Shown: positions 1 to 12,594, counted from the stretch's first letter. The stretch: DNA of 39,126 nt from Octopus bimaculoides (GCF_001194135.2 NC_068994.1:55131947-55171072), one strand, 5' to 3'. A program made the numbers and translations. The notes: generated by a model not told the origin, from the sequence alone.

Positions 1-249
1 TACTTCACCGAGAGGAGATATAAGCTTCTGCTTATTCCTGTCTGAAGTATCGTCCGATACTTCAGACTTATAGTCCGATGAATTTACTTTGTTGACATTC
101 TTCATCGACAGAATTTTTATACCTTTCAACCTTTCAGTCAAGTCTGCCTTTCTTCCAGTAACATACTGTCCATATAATCTTAAATATTTCTTTAACTCAG
201 GTACAGTAAGTACTTCGATAGCTGAATCATCGAGCTGCTTTATATTCAT
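1..249 (-). CDS. 5' part of a SAP-domain protein, open to the window edge; probably transposon-encoded
   Basis: Manual translation from ATG at 249 gives 83 stop-free codons: MNIKQLDDSAIEVLTVPELKKYLRLYGQYVTGRKADLTERLKGIKILSMKNVNKVNSSDYKSEVSDDTSDRNKQKLISPLGEV. LTVPELKKYLRLYGQYVTGRKADLTERLKG (nt 210-121) fits the SAP motif (LtV.ELK..L+..Gl..tG.KadLieRL). CpGs are retained here, unlike in the flank. Confidence 0.75.
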   Translation of the reverse strand, partial: MNIKQLDDSAIEVLTVPELKKYLRLYGQYVTGRKADLTERLKGIKILSMKNVNKVNSSDYKSEVSDDTSDRNKQKLISPLGEV

Positions 250-399
250 GATAAGACGTAAAACAATAACAATAGCGTGGATAGTCTGCGGAAGTTTAAT
301 TGTCCACATGGAGCGCCGCCTAGCCAAGGTAGATAACCTACTTATAGGAAAGCCCTATACAAACAACAGCTGAGCTAAACAGGAAGTCTCTTTGTGGTC

Positions 400-450
400 A
401 CATAACCTGCTAGAAATAACAGTCAGATTCTCCACGTTAAAACACTCTTT
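400..450. repeat. Dispersed repeat family E (CTGCTAGAAATAGCAGCCAAAT..CTCAAATCACA); example copy
   Basis: The motif recurs at ~408, 1859, 2840, 5273, 7586, 12998 and 24340, and as a reverse-complement variant at ~4757. Class unknown. Confidence 0.6.
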
Positions 451-2060
451 AAAAAGAAGAAGAAAAAAAAGACAATCATGAGGGTCTATCACAGGCGTAA
501 CACCTCATCTCTGATCAATTTGACCAGCTGTCACTGTGTGTCTTGGGTAGACATCAGACTGGGGTTAAACACAACAGACAAAAGTAATAAATTTATTTTC
601 AGCAACTCATGTGTTTCTGAAGACAAAACACTGATTTGCCTTTGTTAAAATCAAGTTTGTGCTCATAAACATTCCGTCAGTGACAAATATTCAGTTTTTA
701 TAGTTAAACTACTTGTGGTAAACTCTATTGAAAGCAACTGACTGAAACAAAATACACACACACACACACCTTTCAGTTTCTGTGTAACAAAAACCATTGA
801 CAATACTTAGGCCAGCCTGGGGTTGTAGAAGAAGATGGCAGCAAGGCATCTTGGGTAAGTATGTTTTACTGCAGCCCTGGGTCAACCAAAACCTTGTGAG
901 TGAATTTCGTAGACGGAAACAATGTACCATATATATATATGTGAGCATGTGTGGTTGGCATTAGGAAGGGCATCCAGCTGTAGAAACTCTGCCAAATTAG
1001 ATTGGAGCCTGGTGTTGCCATCCGGTTTCACTAGTCCTCAGTCAAATCGTCCAACCCATGCTAGCATGGAAGGCAGACGTTAAACGGTGATGATGATGAT
1101 GTGTATACTGACAAACCATGAGAAACAACAAAAGAAGTAGAGTCCAATATTGTTTCCTAATTAATGTTGCCATGTGCATCAGGCTTTTAACCGTCAAATT
1201 ATTGGAAGAGAAATTTAAAGTCTTGAATGTAAGTCTCAATACTTGTACTGTTTAAGAGATATACAATTTTTAAATCAGCAAAATATTATGAAATTGACTC
1301 AAGGCCCATGAGTTTCATGCATGGCACTTATGGACCTTAAAAGACCCCTTGGAATTCAGGAAGGGCATCCAACTGCAGAACACTGCCTCAGTAATATATT
1401 TACCTGACTCATACTAGCATGGAAAAAGAAGAGGATTTATACGAGGAGAGTTAAGTATGTGTGTTTGTGTACACACACACACACACAATTTATATATGGA
1501 TAGTTAAATAAATGTTAGTATTCGGCTAACTAAATGACCTATTAGTGTTTCCATAAAATTCAGATATAATGACAATATCATAGCAAAGTTAACCAAATGA
1601 CCTGTCAGTGCTTCAATGAGTTCCAGATATATTCAAATTGCCATGGCAATGGTGGGGATGGGCAGAGAGAAAGAAAAAGGGAGAGAAACATAGACTGTTA
1701 ATTATATTACTATATGTTGTACATTACATATGGTTCAACACATCGGGAGCCAGTTAAATAGTCAGTAAATGTGCATGGACATGTATGGGATTCTTTCACC
1801 ATCCCATTACAACTCTAGGTGTGACCCAACAAGAGTTCCACCATATGATATGCTCACCTGCTAGAAATAGCAACCAATTCATCCATAACCTTTTTAATTA
1901 CCATTATTTTAGTTGATAATAAAAATGAAGTGAAATATATCCTGTGCAGGTGTTTAAATTGGCATTGTGAACCACCAAAATGACAAAAAAAAAAAAAAAC
2001 ATGGTTTAGAAAACACATCAACAAACATTTTCTATCAGTTACTAGAACTATGCATTTTGA

Positions 2061-2276
2061 TTTCAAATTTTGATACAAGGCCAGTAATTTCAAGGAGTGG
2101 GGGTAGGTTGATTACATGAAACCCAGTGCTTAGCTGGTACTTATTTTATTGACCCCACAGAAGGATGACAGACAAATTCAACCTCAGTGGAATTTGAACT
2201 TGAAATGTAAAGACAAGATGTCGGCTGAGCATTTTGCCAGGTCTGCTAATGATTCTGCCAGCCTGCCATAATAATG

Positions 2277-2308
<32 letters not shown>

Positions 2309-2758
2309 TTCTGCTTTAGGCACATGGCCTGAAATTTTGGAGGAGGGAACCAGTTGATAATATCGACCCAAGTGTTTCAATGGTACTTAATTTATCAACC
2401 TCGAAAGGATAAAAGTCAAAGTCAACCCTGGTGGCATTTGAACTTAGAACGTAAAGATGGACAAAGTGCTGCTATGCATTTTGTCCAGCATGCTAATGGT
2501 TCTACCAGCTTGCCACCCTAATAATAATAATAATAATAATAATAATCCTTTCTAATAAAGGCACAAGGGTTGAAATTTTGGGGGAGGGGGAAGTCAATTA
2601 GATTGCCCCCAGTATTTAACTGGTATTAAATTTATTGACCCTGAAAGAATGAAAGACAAAGTTGACCTTGGCAGAATTTGAACTCAGAATGTAGAGACAG
2701 ACAAAATGCTGCTAAACATCTTGTCTGGTGTGCCCACGATTCTGCCAGCTCACCACCC
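2061..2758 (-). mobile_element. Three tandem decayed copies of tRNA-derived SINE family B separated by (AAT)n
   Basis: Units at ~2061-2267, ~2310-2520 and ~2547-2758 repeat the motifs GGCACAAGG..., GGTACTT.ATTT.T.GACCC.GAAAGGAT.AAAG.CAAAGT.AACCT.GG..GAATTTGAACT. On the minus strand the head carries the B-box GAGTTCAAATTCC. Confidence 0.85.
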
Positions 2759-3759
2759 GACAAGAACTAAGCATGTTCACAATAAATGCAGAACATCAGT
2801 CTAACAAGAGAAGCCTCTACATGGTTGTTAGACTTGTTGCAAATAGCAGCCAAAATTTCCTCAAATCACATCCTACTAAGTAGATAAGAAGGCAGTAGAT
2901 GGAGTAGTTTTAGATGCACTATATCTAAACAGGGACAGGGTAGGATGGTTGTCAGGATGGTCACCGATAGGATTTTTGTCATAGGTCTACAGGATCATGG
3001 TTGACACGGGACTATACAATAGCTTATTGCAACTTATCTCTCTCTCTCTTTCTCTCATACACAGTGTTGCTTTATCTCACCACCACCACCACCCTATCTT
3101 ATACACACTGACATTTTGTGTTGTAGAAATGTTTATAGCCATTCCTACCAGGAAGAACTTTTATCGTATGTTTTTTTTTTGTATTTCAATTGGGCACTCT
3201 AATTATCGTAACAGCTAACAACACAAAGCTTTCTTCAGCCCTCTTGTTGCCATATTTCATTTAAACTACACTTCTTTGTTTCAATAAATTTGAACAAAGA
3301 ACTATCAGCAGTCTCAAGTGGAGACCGGTTATCAGAAAGGCTAACCCCATACCAATATGATTATCAGAAAGGATAACCCCGTATCAATATGGGTGCTTCC
3401 TATGTGGCACTAACAAGATACTGCAGCAGAAAAACCTCCCGTATTTTAAATGGCCATTGGTCTGGCACCAGTGAAGTGAAGCAAGTGATAGCAGTGTCTT
3501 CTAGGAGCTAATATTCTACCATTTTTGCTATTAAGTTACCATCATGGTTTGGACTGATACACATCACATGTTTGGTGTTAAAACATTTGTCAATTGGTAA
3601 AAATGTGAGAGGGCTTTTTGCTGCCCCTTGAAGGTTAGTAAATCTGTCCAGGTTTGGTTACATTCAAAGTTGTGTTCATCAATTTCATAAATGTGGGCTT
3701 CAGAATATCTTGATGTAATGTCTCTCAAGAAATCTGCACAGCAGACATTTTGGTGAGAG

Positions 3760-4062
3760 AGAGTGAAAGTAAGAGGGAGAGAGAGAGCGTAAGTGAGTGA
3801 GTGAGTGGGCACGAGTGAGTGCGGGAGAGAGAACACGAGTGAGTGAGGGAGAGAGGGCACGAGTGAGGGAGAGGGGGAACGAGTGAGGGAGAGGGGGCAC
3901 GAGTGAGGGAGAGGGGGCACGAGTGAGGGAGAGAGAGAGAGAGAGCACGAGTGAAAGAGAGTGTGAGCGAGAAAGAGCATGAGAGAGAGAGAGCGTGAGA
4001 GAGATAGAACATGAGAGAGTGTGAGCATGAGTGAAAGACTGAGCACGAGTGAGAGAGTGTAA

Positions 4063-4097
<35 letters not shown>

Positions 4098-4110
4098 AAG
4101 GAGAGAGAAG
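3760..4110 (+). repeat. Purine-rich (GA)n tract containing a 20-bp minisatellite (GCACGAGTGAGGGAGAGGGG, ~4 copies at ~3857-3935)
   Basis: Direct reading; explains the overlapping S/L/H-rich minus-strand ORFs. Confidence 0.9.
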
Positions 4111-4309
4111 TGGGTGGGTTAATTCAAATAGCATTTTATTTCAATTATTAAATCTAGGCCAAAAGTGTTGAGCAAATGACAGCTTACACACCCACCCACC
4201 CACACACATTGCCTGGTCAAATCTTCTTCCTGCTCCACTGCTAGGATGAGGTGCCACATGGCAGAACTAAAACTCCAATGAAATCAACACTTCCCAACCG
4301 TATGTCGGT

Positions 4310-4420
4310 AACTTAAGTACCAGTTACGCACTGGGGTTGATGTAATCGACTTATTCCCTTTGTCTGTCCTTGTTTGTCCCCTCTATGTTTAGCCCCTTGT
4401 GGGCAATAAAGAAATAAGAA
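4310..4420 (+). mobile_element. Fragment of SINE family B (variant tail), inverted relative to 6378-6490
   Basis: TAAGTACCAGTTACGCACTGGGG...TTTAGCCCCTTGTGGGCAATAAAGAAATAAGAAA is the near reverse complement of 6378-6490. Confidence 0.75.
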
Positions 4421-5029
4421 ATGTGAGGGGGGGGGGAGAAAGAGGGAGATGGGGTCATTGTAAATTACTTGGCCCTTTTACATACAGAGATTGTACAGAT
4501 CAATGTATTTTTTAAGACATCTGGATGTGATTTTGAGGAGAATGAGCTACTTTTAAAAAGCTAATTGGTGGTGGTGGTGGTTGGTGAAGTAAATGGTTCC
4601 CATAGCAGGGTATATTTGGTTACACTTTTGTTCCCAGCTGACCACATGAACAAATATTATAGTCTTGAGATTAAGGTAACAAACATCACCAACACCAAAC
4701 ACACTTAGAACCCACAAACCATTGAGGTTATCTATTGACAAAGTGCTTGCTCCACTTGCTAAAAATAGCAAGCAAACCGCCTTCAAATACTAACCAATAC
4801 AAAACAAAAAAAACAAATCTTAAAAAGCAAAAAAGATATTCAATAATTTTAGTTACAGCTGTGTCTGGATGAGATGGTCACAGCTGGAAAGCCTTTTGAT
4901 GATCGCTAAACAACAACACTATAACTCTGCATTTTATCACTGAGTAAATGATAGAAAACTGTCATGTGATGTCCAGACAAGGAGACACACGCACTCACAC
5001 TATCACACTATCACACACACACACACAAA

Positions 5030-5760
5030 AGGCTTCTTTCAGTTTCCGTCCACCAAATCTACTCAAAGTTTTGGTCAACTCGAAGGTGTAGTAGAAGACA
5101 CTTGCCCAAGGTGCCACACTGAGACTGAACCCGTGAACCTAGACCCATGTGGTTGAGAAGCAAGCTTCTTACCACAGAGCTGGTAAATATCAAAAGACAA
5201 CCAGAAGTAGCGAGGAGAAGGAAAGCAACATTAACCAACGAGAAAATGAGTCAGGGCTGGGTTTCTCAGTTTGCTAGAAATAGCAGCCAAATATTCCTCA
5301 AATCACATTCTACTGACTTGAATAAAATAAATCCTTGTGTAGTAAGAAGTTTGCTGCCCAACTATATGGTACAATTCAAGGCTCACAAAAGTCTTGTGCT
5401 TGGTAGACGAAAACTGAAAGAACCGTGTCGTATGGTTCCAGGTTCAGTCCCACTGCATGGCACCTTGGGCAAGTGTCTTCTATTATAGCCTTGGGGTGAT
5501 CAAAGTCTTGTGAGTGGATTTGGTAGACAGAAACTGAAAGAAGCCAATAGTGTATGTGTATGTGTGTGTGTGTGTGTCCCATCATCGCTTGACAACTAGT
5601 GTGTGCTTACATCTCTGTAACCAAGCAGTTCAGCAAAAGAGACTGATAGAATAAGTACTAGGCTTAAAAAAAGTGTTGTGGTCAACTTGTTTGACTAAAA
5701 ACCCTTTAAGGTGGTGCTCCAGCATGGCCACAGTCTTATGACTGAAACAAGTAAAAGACA
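5030..5760. mobile_element. Cluster of SINE family A copies (5030-5178 minus; 5375-5420 and 5425-5760 plus)
   Basis: Repeated TTCTTTCAGTTTCCGTC / GACGAAAACTGAAAGAA and CTTGGGCAAGTGTCTTCTA motifs in both orientations. Confidence 0.8.
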
Positions 5761-5997
5761 GAAAAGAAAAAAAAAATAGATAAATGAGGACCAAGATAAA
5801 CTGTCCAAAAACAAGACAGGATGGTCATTGCTGGAATGTTCTGATATCATATCTGTGTAATCAGAGCTGACCTGATTGGGAGTGGTGGTACAACAACAAC
5901 TACAACAACAACAAAAATCATTAAAAAAAGCAACCCTCAACATGTACAAAAAAACAACAACTGGTTAACAGAAAAAAACAACAACAATAACAATAAT

Positions 5998-6613
5998 GGT
6001 TTCAAATTTTGCCACAAGGGCAGCCATTTTGGTAGGGTGGGGATAAGTCAATTACATTGACTCGGATAAAAAGGCTAAGTCGACCTTGGCGGAATTTGAA
6101 CTCAGAATGTTGCAACGGGCGGAAAACCACTAAGCGTTTTGTCCAGCATGCTAACCATTCTGGCACCTCGACCCCTTAATAATAATTCTTTCGACTGGAA
6201 GCACAAGGTCCAAAATTTTTGGAGAGGGAGCAAGTCAATTAGATCGATCCCAGTACGCAACTGGTACTTAATTTATCGACCCTGAAAGGATGAAAGGCAA
6301 AGTCAACCTCAGCAGAATTTGAACTCAGAACGTAAAGACATGAAATATCGCTAAACATTTCGCCAGGCATGTTAACGTTTCTTATTTCTTTATTGCCCAC
6401 AAGGGGCTAAACACAGAGGGGACAAAGAAGGACAGACGAATGGAGTAAGTCGATTACATCGACCCCAGTGCGTAACTGGTACTTAATTTATCGACCCCGA
6501 AAGGATGAAAGGCAAAGTCGACCTCAGCGGAATTTGAACTCAGAACGTGACGGCAGACGAAATACCGCTAAGCATTTTGCCCGGCGTGCTAATGATTCTG
6601 CCAGCTCACTGCC

Positions 6614-6615
<2 letters not shown>
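5998..6615 (-). mobile_element. Three tandem copies of SINE family B; the third is young and CpG-intact
   Basis: Same motifs at ~5998-6178, ~6187-6380 and ~6381-6615, followed by (AAT)n at 6615-6657. Confidence 0.85.
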
Positions 6616-6657
<42 letters not shown>

Positions 6658-7254
6658 CCCACACTGCAACAATTAATGGATGGAATCAAATGGTGTAGAA
6701 ATTCTTTCTACTGCTCAAATTTTTACAACAGAAAATATCACAAAAGGAAAGAAGTTGAGTCATGTGGTGGTGGTGGTTGGTGGGGAGAGATACCCTTCCT
6801 ACTCCATCCCCCCACCGTCTTTACTTCCTCTACCGCTCCATCCACACCACCACCACCACCCCAGGCACCATTCCTGCTGCTCTCTACATTGCAGTTAGCT
6901 CTTGCAAAACATTTTCAACAACTCCCAATGAAATTGAAAACCCCCTTTCTTTTCCAACCAGCCAACAAGCCAGGCAACAGAAACAAGGAAGAATTTCACC
7001 AGTTCAACACCCACACACCCACACACACGAGAGCAACAAAAGCCCAAAACAAACAAACACATAAAAAATAAAATAAAATAAATCAATACCATTTGAAAAA
7101 AAATAGTCTTGAGTTTGTGGAGTCAGAAACGAGTGATTTTCAGAAAACTTTGATTAACAAACTTCCTGCTCCCTGTCGATATTAGTGAATTAAAAGTAAA
7201 CCCATGCGCTACCAATTCTGCGCCAGCTCACCACCATAATAATAATAATAACAA

Positions 7255-7480
7255 TGGTTTCAAATTTAGGCACAAGGGGAAGGGATAAGTCAATTACATT
7301 GACCAACAGTGTTCAACTGGTCCTCATTTCATTGACCCCCCACCCCCACCCCGACAGGACAGGGTGAAAGGCAATGCTGAACTTGGCAGAATTTGAACCC
7401 AGAACATAAAAAGACGGCTGAACTGATGCTAAGCATTATGTTTGGCATGCTCACAATTCTGCAACCTTGCTGCCTTAATA
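7255..7480 (-). mobile_element. SINE family B copy, decayed
   Basis: GGCACAAGG...GAAAGGCAATGCTGAACTTGGCAGAATTTGAACCCAGAAC...CTGCAACCTTGCTGCC flanked by (AAT)n. Confidence 0.75.
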
Positions 7481-7759
7481 ATAATAATTTCAAATTTTGG
7501 CACAAGGCCAGCAATTTAAGGTGAGGGTGAGAGACAAATTTGTAATTCATAATGCCATATGTAGCCTCTATGTGGTCAGTAGATCTGCTAGAAATATCAG
7601 CCAAATCTCATAGTACTTAACAAAAACAAGACAGATTACATAATGTCATCTAACATATTCGGGAAAAAGAGAAAAAAAAAGACAGGATAGTCATGGTTGG
7701 AATACATTTGATCATAATCCTGTTCAGTCAGGGTTGGCCAGGAGCTAAACATAACATTT

Positions 7760-7925
7760 ATTATGAGTGTGAATGCATGAGTGTGTGAGAGTGAATGAGT
7801 GTGTGTGTAAGAGTGAGTGAGTGTGTGTGAGAGTGAGAATGAGTGTGTGAGTGTGTGAGTGAATGTGAGTGTGAGTGACCTGGAGCTAAGTATAATATCT
7901 ATTATGAGTGTGAGTGAGAGTGCAT
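7760..7925 (+). repeat. Degenerate (GT/GA)n compound microsatellite
   Basis: GAGTGTGTGA-type units. Confidence 0.8.
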
Positions 7926-8428
7926 GTGTGCACAAACAGCCTTAGTCTGGCTGAGAGGGTCGTTTTGTAAATGAAGAAATGGACTACAGCAGTTTCCAGT
8001 CTAATTTAACAGGGTTATGTCTTTTACAATTTGTGTGTGTGTGTGTGTGTAATAAATATTCCGTTTTGCACAAAATGTGGCATTACTACATTACAACAGA
8101 GAAAGGGGTGGTGAACAAGTACAGAATGACAGGAGAGGGAGGGGGAGAGAGAGAGAGAGAGAATGAGCACGGAATGGAGAGAATGGGAACACAATAGAGA
8201 AGAGAAAAGTGAAAAAGAACATGAAGAAGAATGAATGAATTTATTAAGTATATTAGTATATGTGTGTATACACACACACATGCACACACACGTTGAACTT
8301 TGGCTCTGCAACCTGTCACGTCTATAGGAATTTTCTAGTAATTCTTTAAATGAATGCACACACATGTGTGTGTGTGTGTGTTTGACTATGGAGAAACTAG
8401 AGATGCTTAGCTTCTTATATATAGTTTT

Positions 8429-8475
<47 letters not shown>

Positions 8476-10289
8476 ATGTCTGTTTATATTTGTGTATATT
8501 TATATATATATTTGCGCTTACGCACAAATCTCTATCTATAAACTAGAATCCGTATATTCTCAGTTTCTACAGAAACCCACAACAGTTGGTTACTGAGGCT
8601 GCTTTTAAATCCCAGCATTGAAAACAAAAAAAAAATGAAAAAACAAAAACAGAACAAAAAACAGAAAATGAATAAATAGAAAGAGAAAACACAAAAAACC
8701 TGAAGAATACAAACTACTTCTTTGAAATTTACCAATTCTTTTCTGGCAATTTCCTATTTAATCTCTCCCCATCCTCCTGCCAGACATTCACTTTCTAAGT
8801 ATCTAGTCACATTTTAAACATTTATCGTAGAGTCATTGATAAGAAGAAAAACAAAACCAAAGAGAAAGAAAAACAAACAAACAAACCCTTATTTGAAAGT
8901 AAGACAAAAACACATTGTTCTCCACCCCCTTCCCTAACATACCAAAGCCGGGGTTTCATTAAAATATGACTATTGTTTCCACTTGGCAATGATGCGAGAC
9001 TGTTTTCACAAGGAGGCTGTTTTGTACTGCCATAGCTAACAACTCAAGGTCTATGTTCGAACTGAAAACATCTTTAACCCTTTAGCATTCAAATTTCTTT
9101 CTCAAATGTATTGCTTATTTATTCACATTGCTTTGAACTGATCAGGTATTATCTCATAGTTTTAAGATTTCAATGGTGTACTTCTATATTTTTAGAACGA
9201 CATTGTGGGACAGGTGTGTGAGGCTGGATCTGGCCAGTTTGAACAGAAAATATGTGGAGGAATGTTGACCTGCTGGGGCCAAGTCAGTGGGGTAGCATCA
9301 TTCAAAAGCTAAAACAATGTAAAGCACATTGTGACCAGCAATGTATAACATTACAAGATCACAATATACACACACATACATTCTTTTTGTACCTTGAGGG
9401 AAAATCCTGATACCTCGTCTCAACCATCCTCTGCCTCTTTCTCACTGGCATAGTCATGTCTTCTCTACAGCAAGACCCCTGTTGCTGTCCTCTTAACACC
9501 CAACACAAAGCTGCTGCCCTCAATACTGCACCCTCACTTCTACTTGCCCATGCTAGTTTCGGTTGGATGGAATTTGAGGCAGATTTTCTATGGCTGGAGT
9601 CCCTTCAGGTCACCAACCAGCCCTCACCTGTTTCCATCATCATCAATCATCTAGTGTTTTAAATCTGGGTTTTGTCCCCATTAACAGGGGGTGGCCGGAT
9701 CTACCACAATGCCATAGCAACTGAGATAGGCAGGTGCAGCCCACCCCAACCTTTGGGCTGGTTGGTACCCATTCTCCTTTGCTATCATGAGGCTTTTTTG
9801 GAGTTGGATTTTCTAGACATGAGTGGTCCCGAGACCAAGGCCTCTACCATGATTTTTTAAGAAATGTGGTAAAAAAATAGCTCAAGAAGGCAGGGACGCT
9901 ACTCCCTGAGACCCCTTTTGGAGCCCCCTACCATATGCAAGGGAGATAAATGAAGTATAGTAATATTACCCCATGGCTAGACTTATTCACATTAAGATTG
10001 GGAATGAAGAACACATGTGTAACAGTGATGCTTGCTTACAAACACTGTATGATGCAATACAATAAGTAACACACACACAAAGGGTTTCTTTCAGTACCTT
10101 GCCAACCAAATCCACTAACAAGGCTTTGGTCAGGCTGGAGCTACAGTGGAAAAATCTTTCCCAAGGTGTCATGGATTGGGACTGAACTTGAAAGTTTTAA
10201 AGGAATCTCAGGAATTGAGTTATATACAGGTATGTATCTATACATGCATGTTTGTGTGTGTATGTATATACACACATACACACAGTTCA

Positions 10290-10420
10290 AATTTACAGAA
10301 AACAAAAGACGAAGACAGGTGAAGGAACAACAAGCAGGTGTATTAGTTTAACACTAGGAAAGGATGGAAAAGTCTTTTCATGTTTTGAGCCTAAGCTCTT
10401 TGGCAGAATGGATTGAGAGG
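10290..10420 (-). mobile_element. Possible Penelope-type terminal fragment with a decayed hammerhead-like motif
   Basis: Minus strand 10406-10378 reads CUGCCAA-A-GAGC(UUAG)GCUC-AAAA-CAUG. The hairpin is intact and spaced like a hammerhead, but both core boxes are mutated. Confidence 0.3.
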
Positions 10421-10457
10421 AACAAAAATGTGTAGGGATTAACAGTTCAACACTATG

Positions 10458-10499
<42 letters not shown>

Positions 10500-11395
10500 T
10501 GGTATTACTGAAAGGAAGTTTGGCTGCTATATTTTGACAGGTAAATGTATAGTAACTGTATGACTGTAATAGATAATTATGTCAAGGTAACATCATGAAA
10601 TACAAATAGTTGATTCATTCTAACTCAAAATGATAAAAATAATATTCGTTAAGCTGATGATGTCCTTTCCTCGTAATTATTTCCATTATATTTAATGCAG
10701 TGAGCACAAAGAGAAAGAAAAAAGCTAACTTAACTATTGTTTTCCATGTGAATGGCATCTCTGAGTAAATTTTCTGATTCATCTTGTTAAATGTGTGAAA
10801 TTGTCATGGTTACTCATGTAGAATATTGTATATTTTACTCAGTGATTCTCTTATCACTACTTCAGCACATATGATGAAATCTACACTCTGTTGAGGAGGT
10901 ATAATAAGACCAAAACAAGTTTGGAGTTGTCTCCTATATTAATCCAGAATAATTGTAACAATTATAGTCATTGAACTAATCTTGCCTTTCTACTCATTGC
11001 ACAACGAGTTTTCTTAAATAATTTTTTTGATTTGATGTTCATTAATTCAAGTGATGAAGCCAGATATGAGAGTGTTGGCTCTCACAAACAAGAGAAAAGA
11101 TGGAGAAAGAGAGAAAGAGAGAAAAAGATATGAATTTTATAATGATAAATAATATACCTCATGAAATACATCTATTCTTTTTTTTTAATAAAAAAAAAAC
11201 CCAAAGAACCTTTTAATACATTGTAACCATAACATCCATTTCCAGTTTTTAGAAGAAATCAGTAGTTTATTACATACACATACGCATGCATTCACAGACA
11301 TATATATCCACACGCATACACACATTTACATGCACACAAACACACATACATGCACACACTTGCATACATATATTGCAAAAAGTTACTGCTTCAGA

Positions 11396-11442
<47 letters not shown>

Positions 11443-12594
11443 GTGCTGACACAGTCAGAAGACCAGGAAGAAACCACTACACACACACACACACACACAT
11501 GTATATCATGATATCATGTACAGTTGAAGCTAAGGCCAAGTTGGTTAGCTGGCTAGCTAAGAGAGTGGTGACCAACAGGAAGAAATGGAAAACAAGAGGC
11601 TAGCAATAAACCACCAACCCACATAGTTTACTACTGCTAAAGTAGCCATTCACATGATTGGTCAGTTGGATGTAAAGTAATAACAACTAGAAGCTGGTGC
11701 TGCTGTTCTTGATGATGGTGATGACCACAATAGCCAGGCCAGCAGTAGTAGTAGTAGTAGTAGTAGTAATATTAGCAGCTATGGTAGAAGCGATTAGCAG
11801 CAGCGGTAGTAGTAGTAGTTGGTGGTTGTCATGTTAGTATTGCAAACAGGTTAACAGCTGTCATTAAGTACTTTGACAAGGCAGCCTTCCCCACCGTCGC
11901 CGCCATCATCCTTGTCTCATGCAATCAAATCTATTTTACCATTGAAATTATAAAACAGACAGCCAAATAAAAATAATTAGAAATAAAATATTGAATTTTC
12001 ATTTCTTCTACGTATGTACCATCTTGTGCTGACTGGTGTTGTTCACTCACCAGTGGCCATGCTAGGGCAGTAGTGACCTCCAAGGGATAAAGTTAAGGAT
12101 CATTTAAACCGGGTTCCCTTTTCTATGTTTGCATGGGTTGGATGGAGTTTATTGAAACGGGTTTCTTGTGGCTGGATGGATGCCCTTTCTGTCACCAATC
12201 CTCACCTGCTTTCTATTAAGGTAATAATTACCTCAGGGCCAAACATGGTTCCACAGAATATTGGAAATTACTTGTGTGACAATGACACTCATTTATGACT
12301 GTCATCACATGTCAAGAGAAAATTCCTTCACAAGGCTTTAGCCAGCCTGGGGCTATATTAGAAGACACTTGCCCAAGGTGCCATGGAGAGGGACAGAACT
12401 TGAAGCCATGTGATTGGGAAACAAACTTCTTAGCCACAGTCACACTTACATCAATATACATACACACATATATACACACATGCATACGTGCATGTGTGTG
12501 TGTATATCACATCTCATTAAGCAATACAGGAAATTTCATTCATAAAGACAGCTGGAGGGGAGCGAGTTTGCAGATGAGGTAATGTAAGTCAGTC

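Noticed and set aside
3857-3935. CRISPR-like array
   Set aside because: Head-to-tail 20-bp units without unique spacers in a eukaryotic scaffold; an ordinary minisatellite.
3564-4134. Long overlapping ORFs (160, 144 and 95 aa)
   Set aside because: They are translations of the (GA)n/minisatellite tract with S/L/H/T bias and no domain. The same applies to the ORFs at 14362-15003, 27191-27571, 30639-31212 and 34091-34722.
6547-7071. 174-aa ORF with poly-Asn and poly-Pro
   Set aside because: It runs from a SINE head through (AAT)n, (GGT)n and (CAC)n repeats; artefact.
10640-10900. Box C/D snoRNA candidates (TGATGA motifs)
   Set aside because: There is no properly spaced CTGA with a terminal stem, and TGATGA is frequent here because of (ATG)n repeats.
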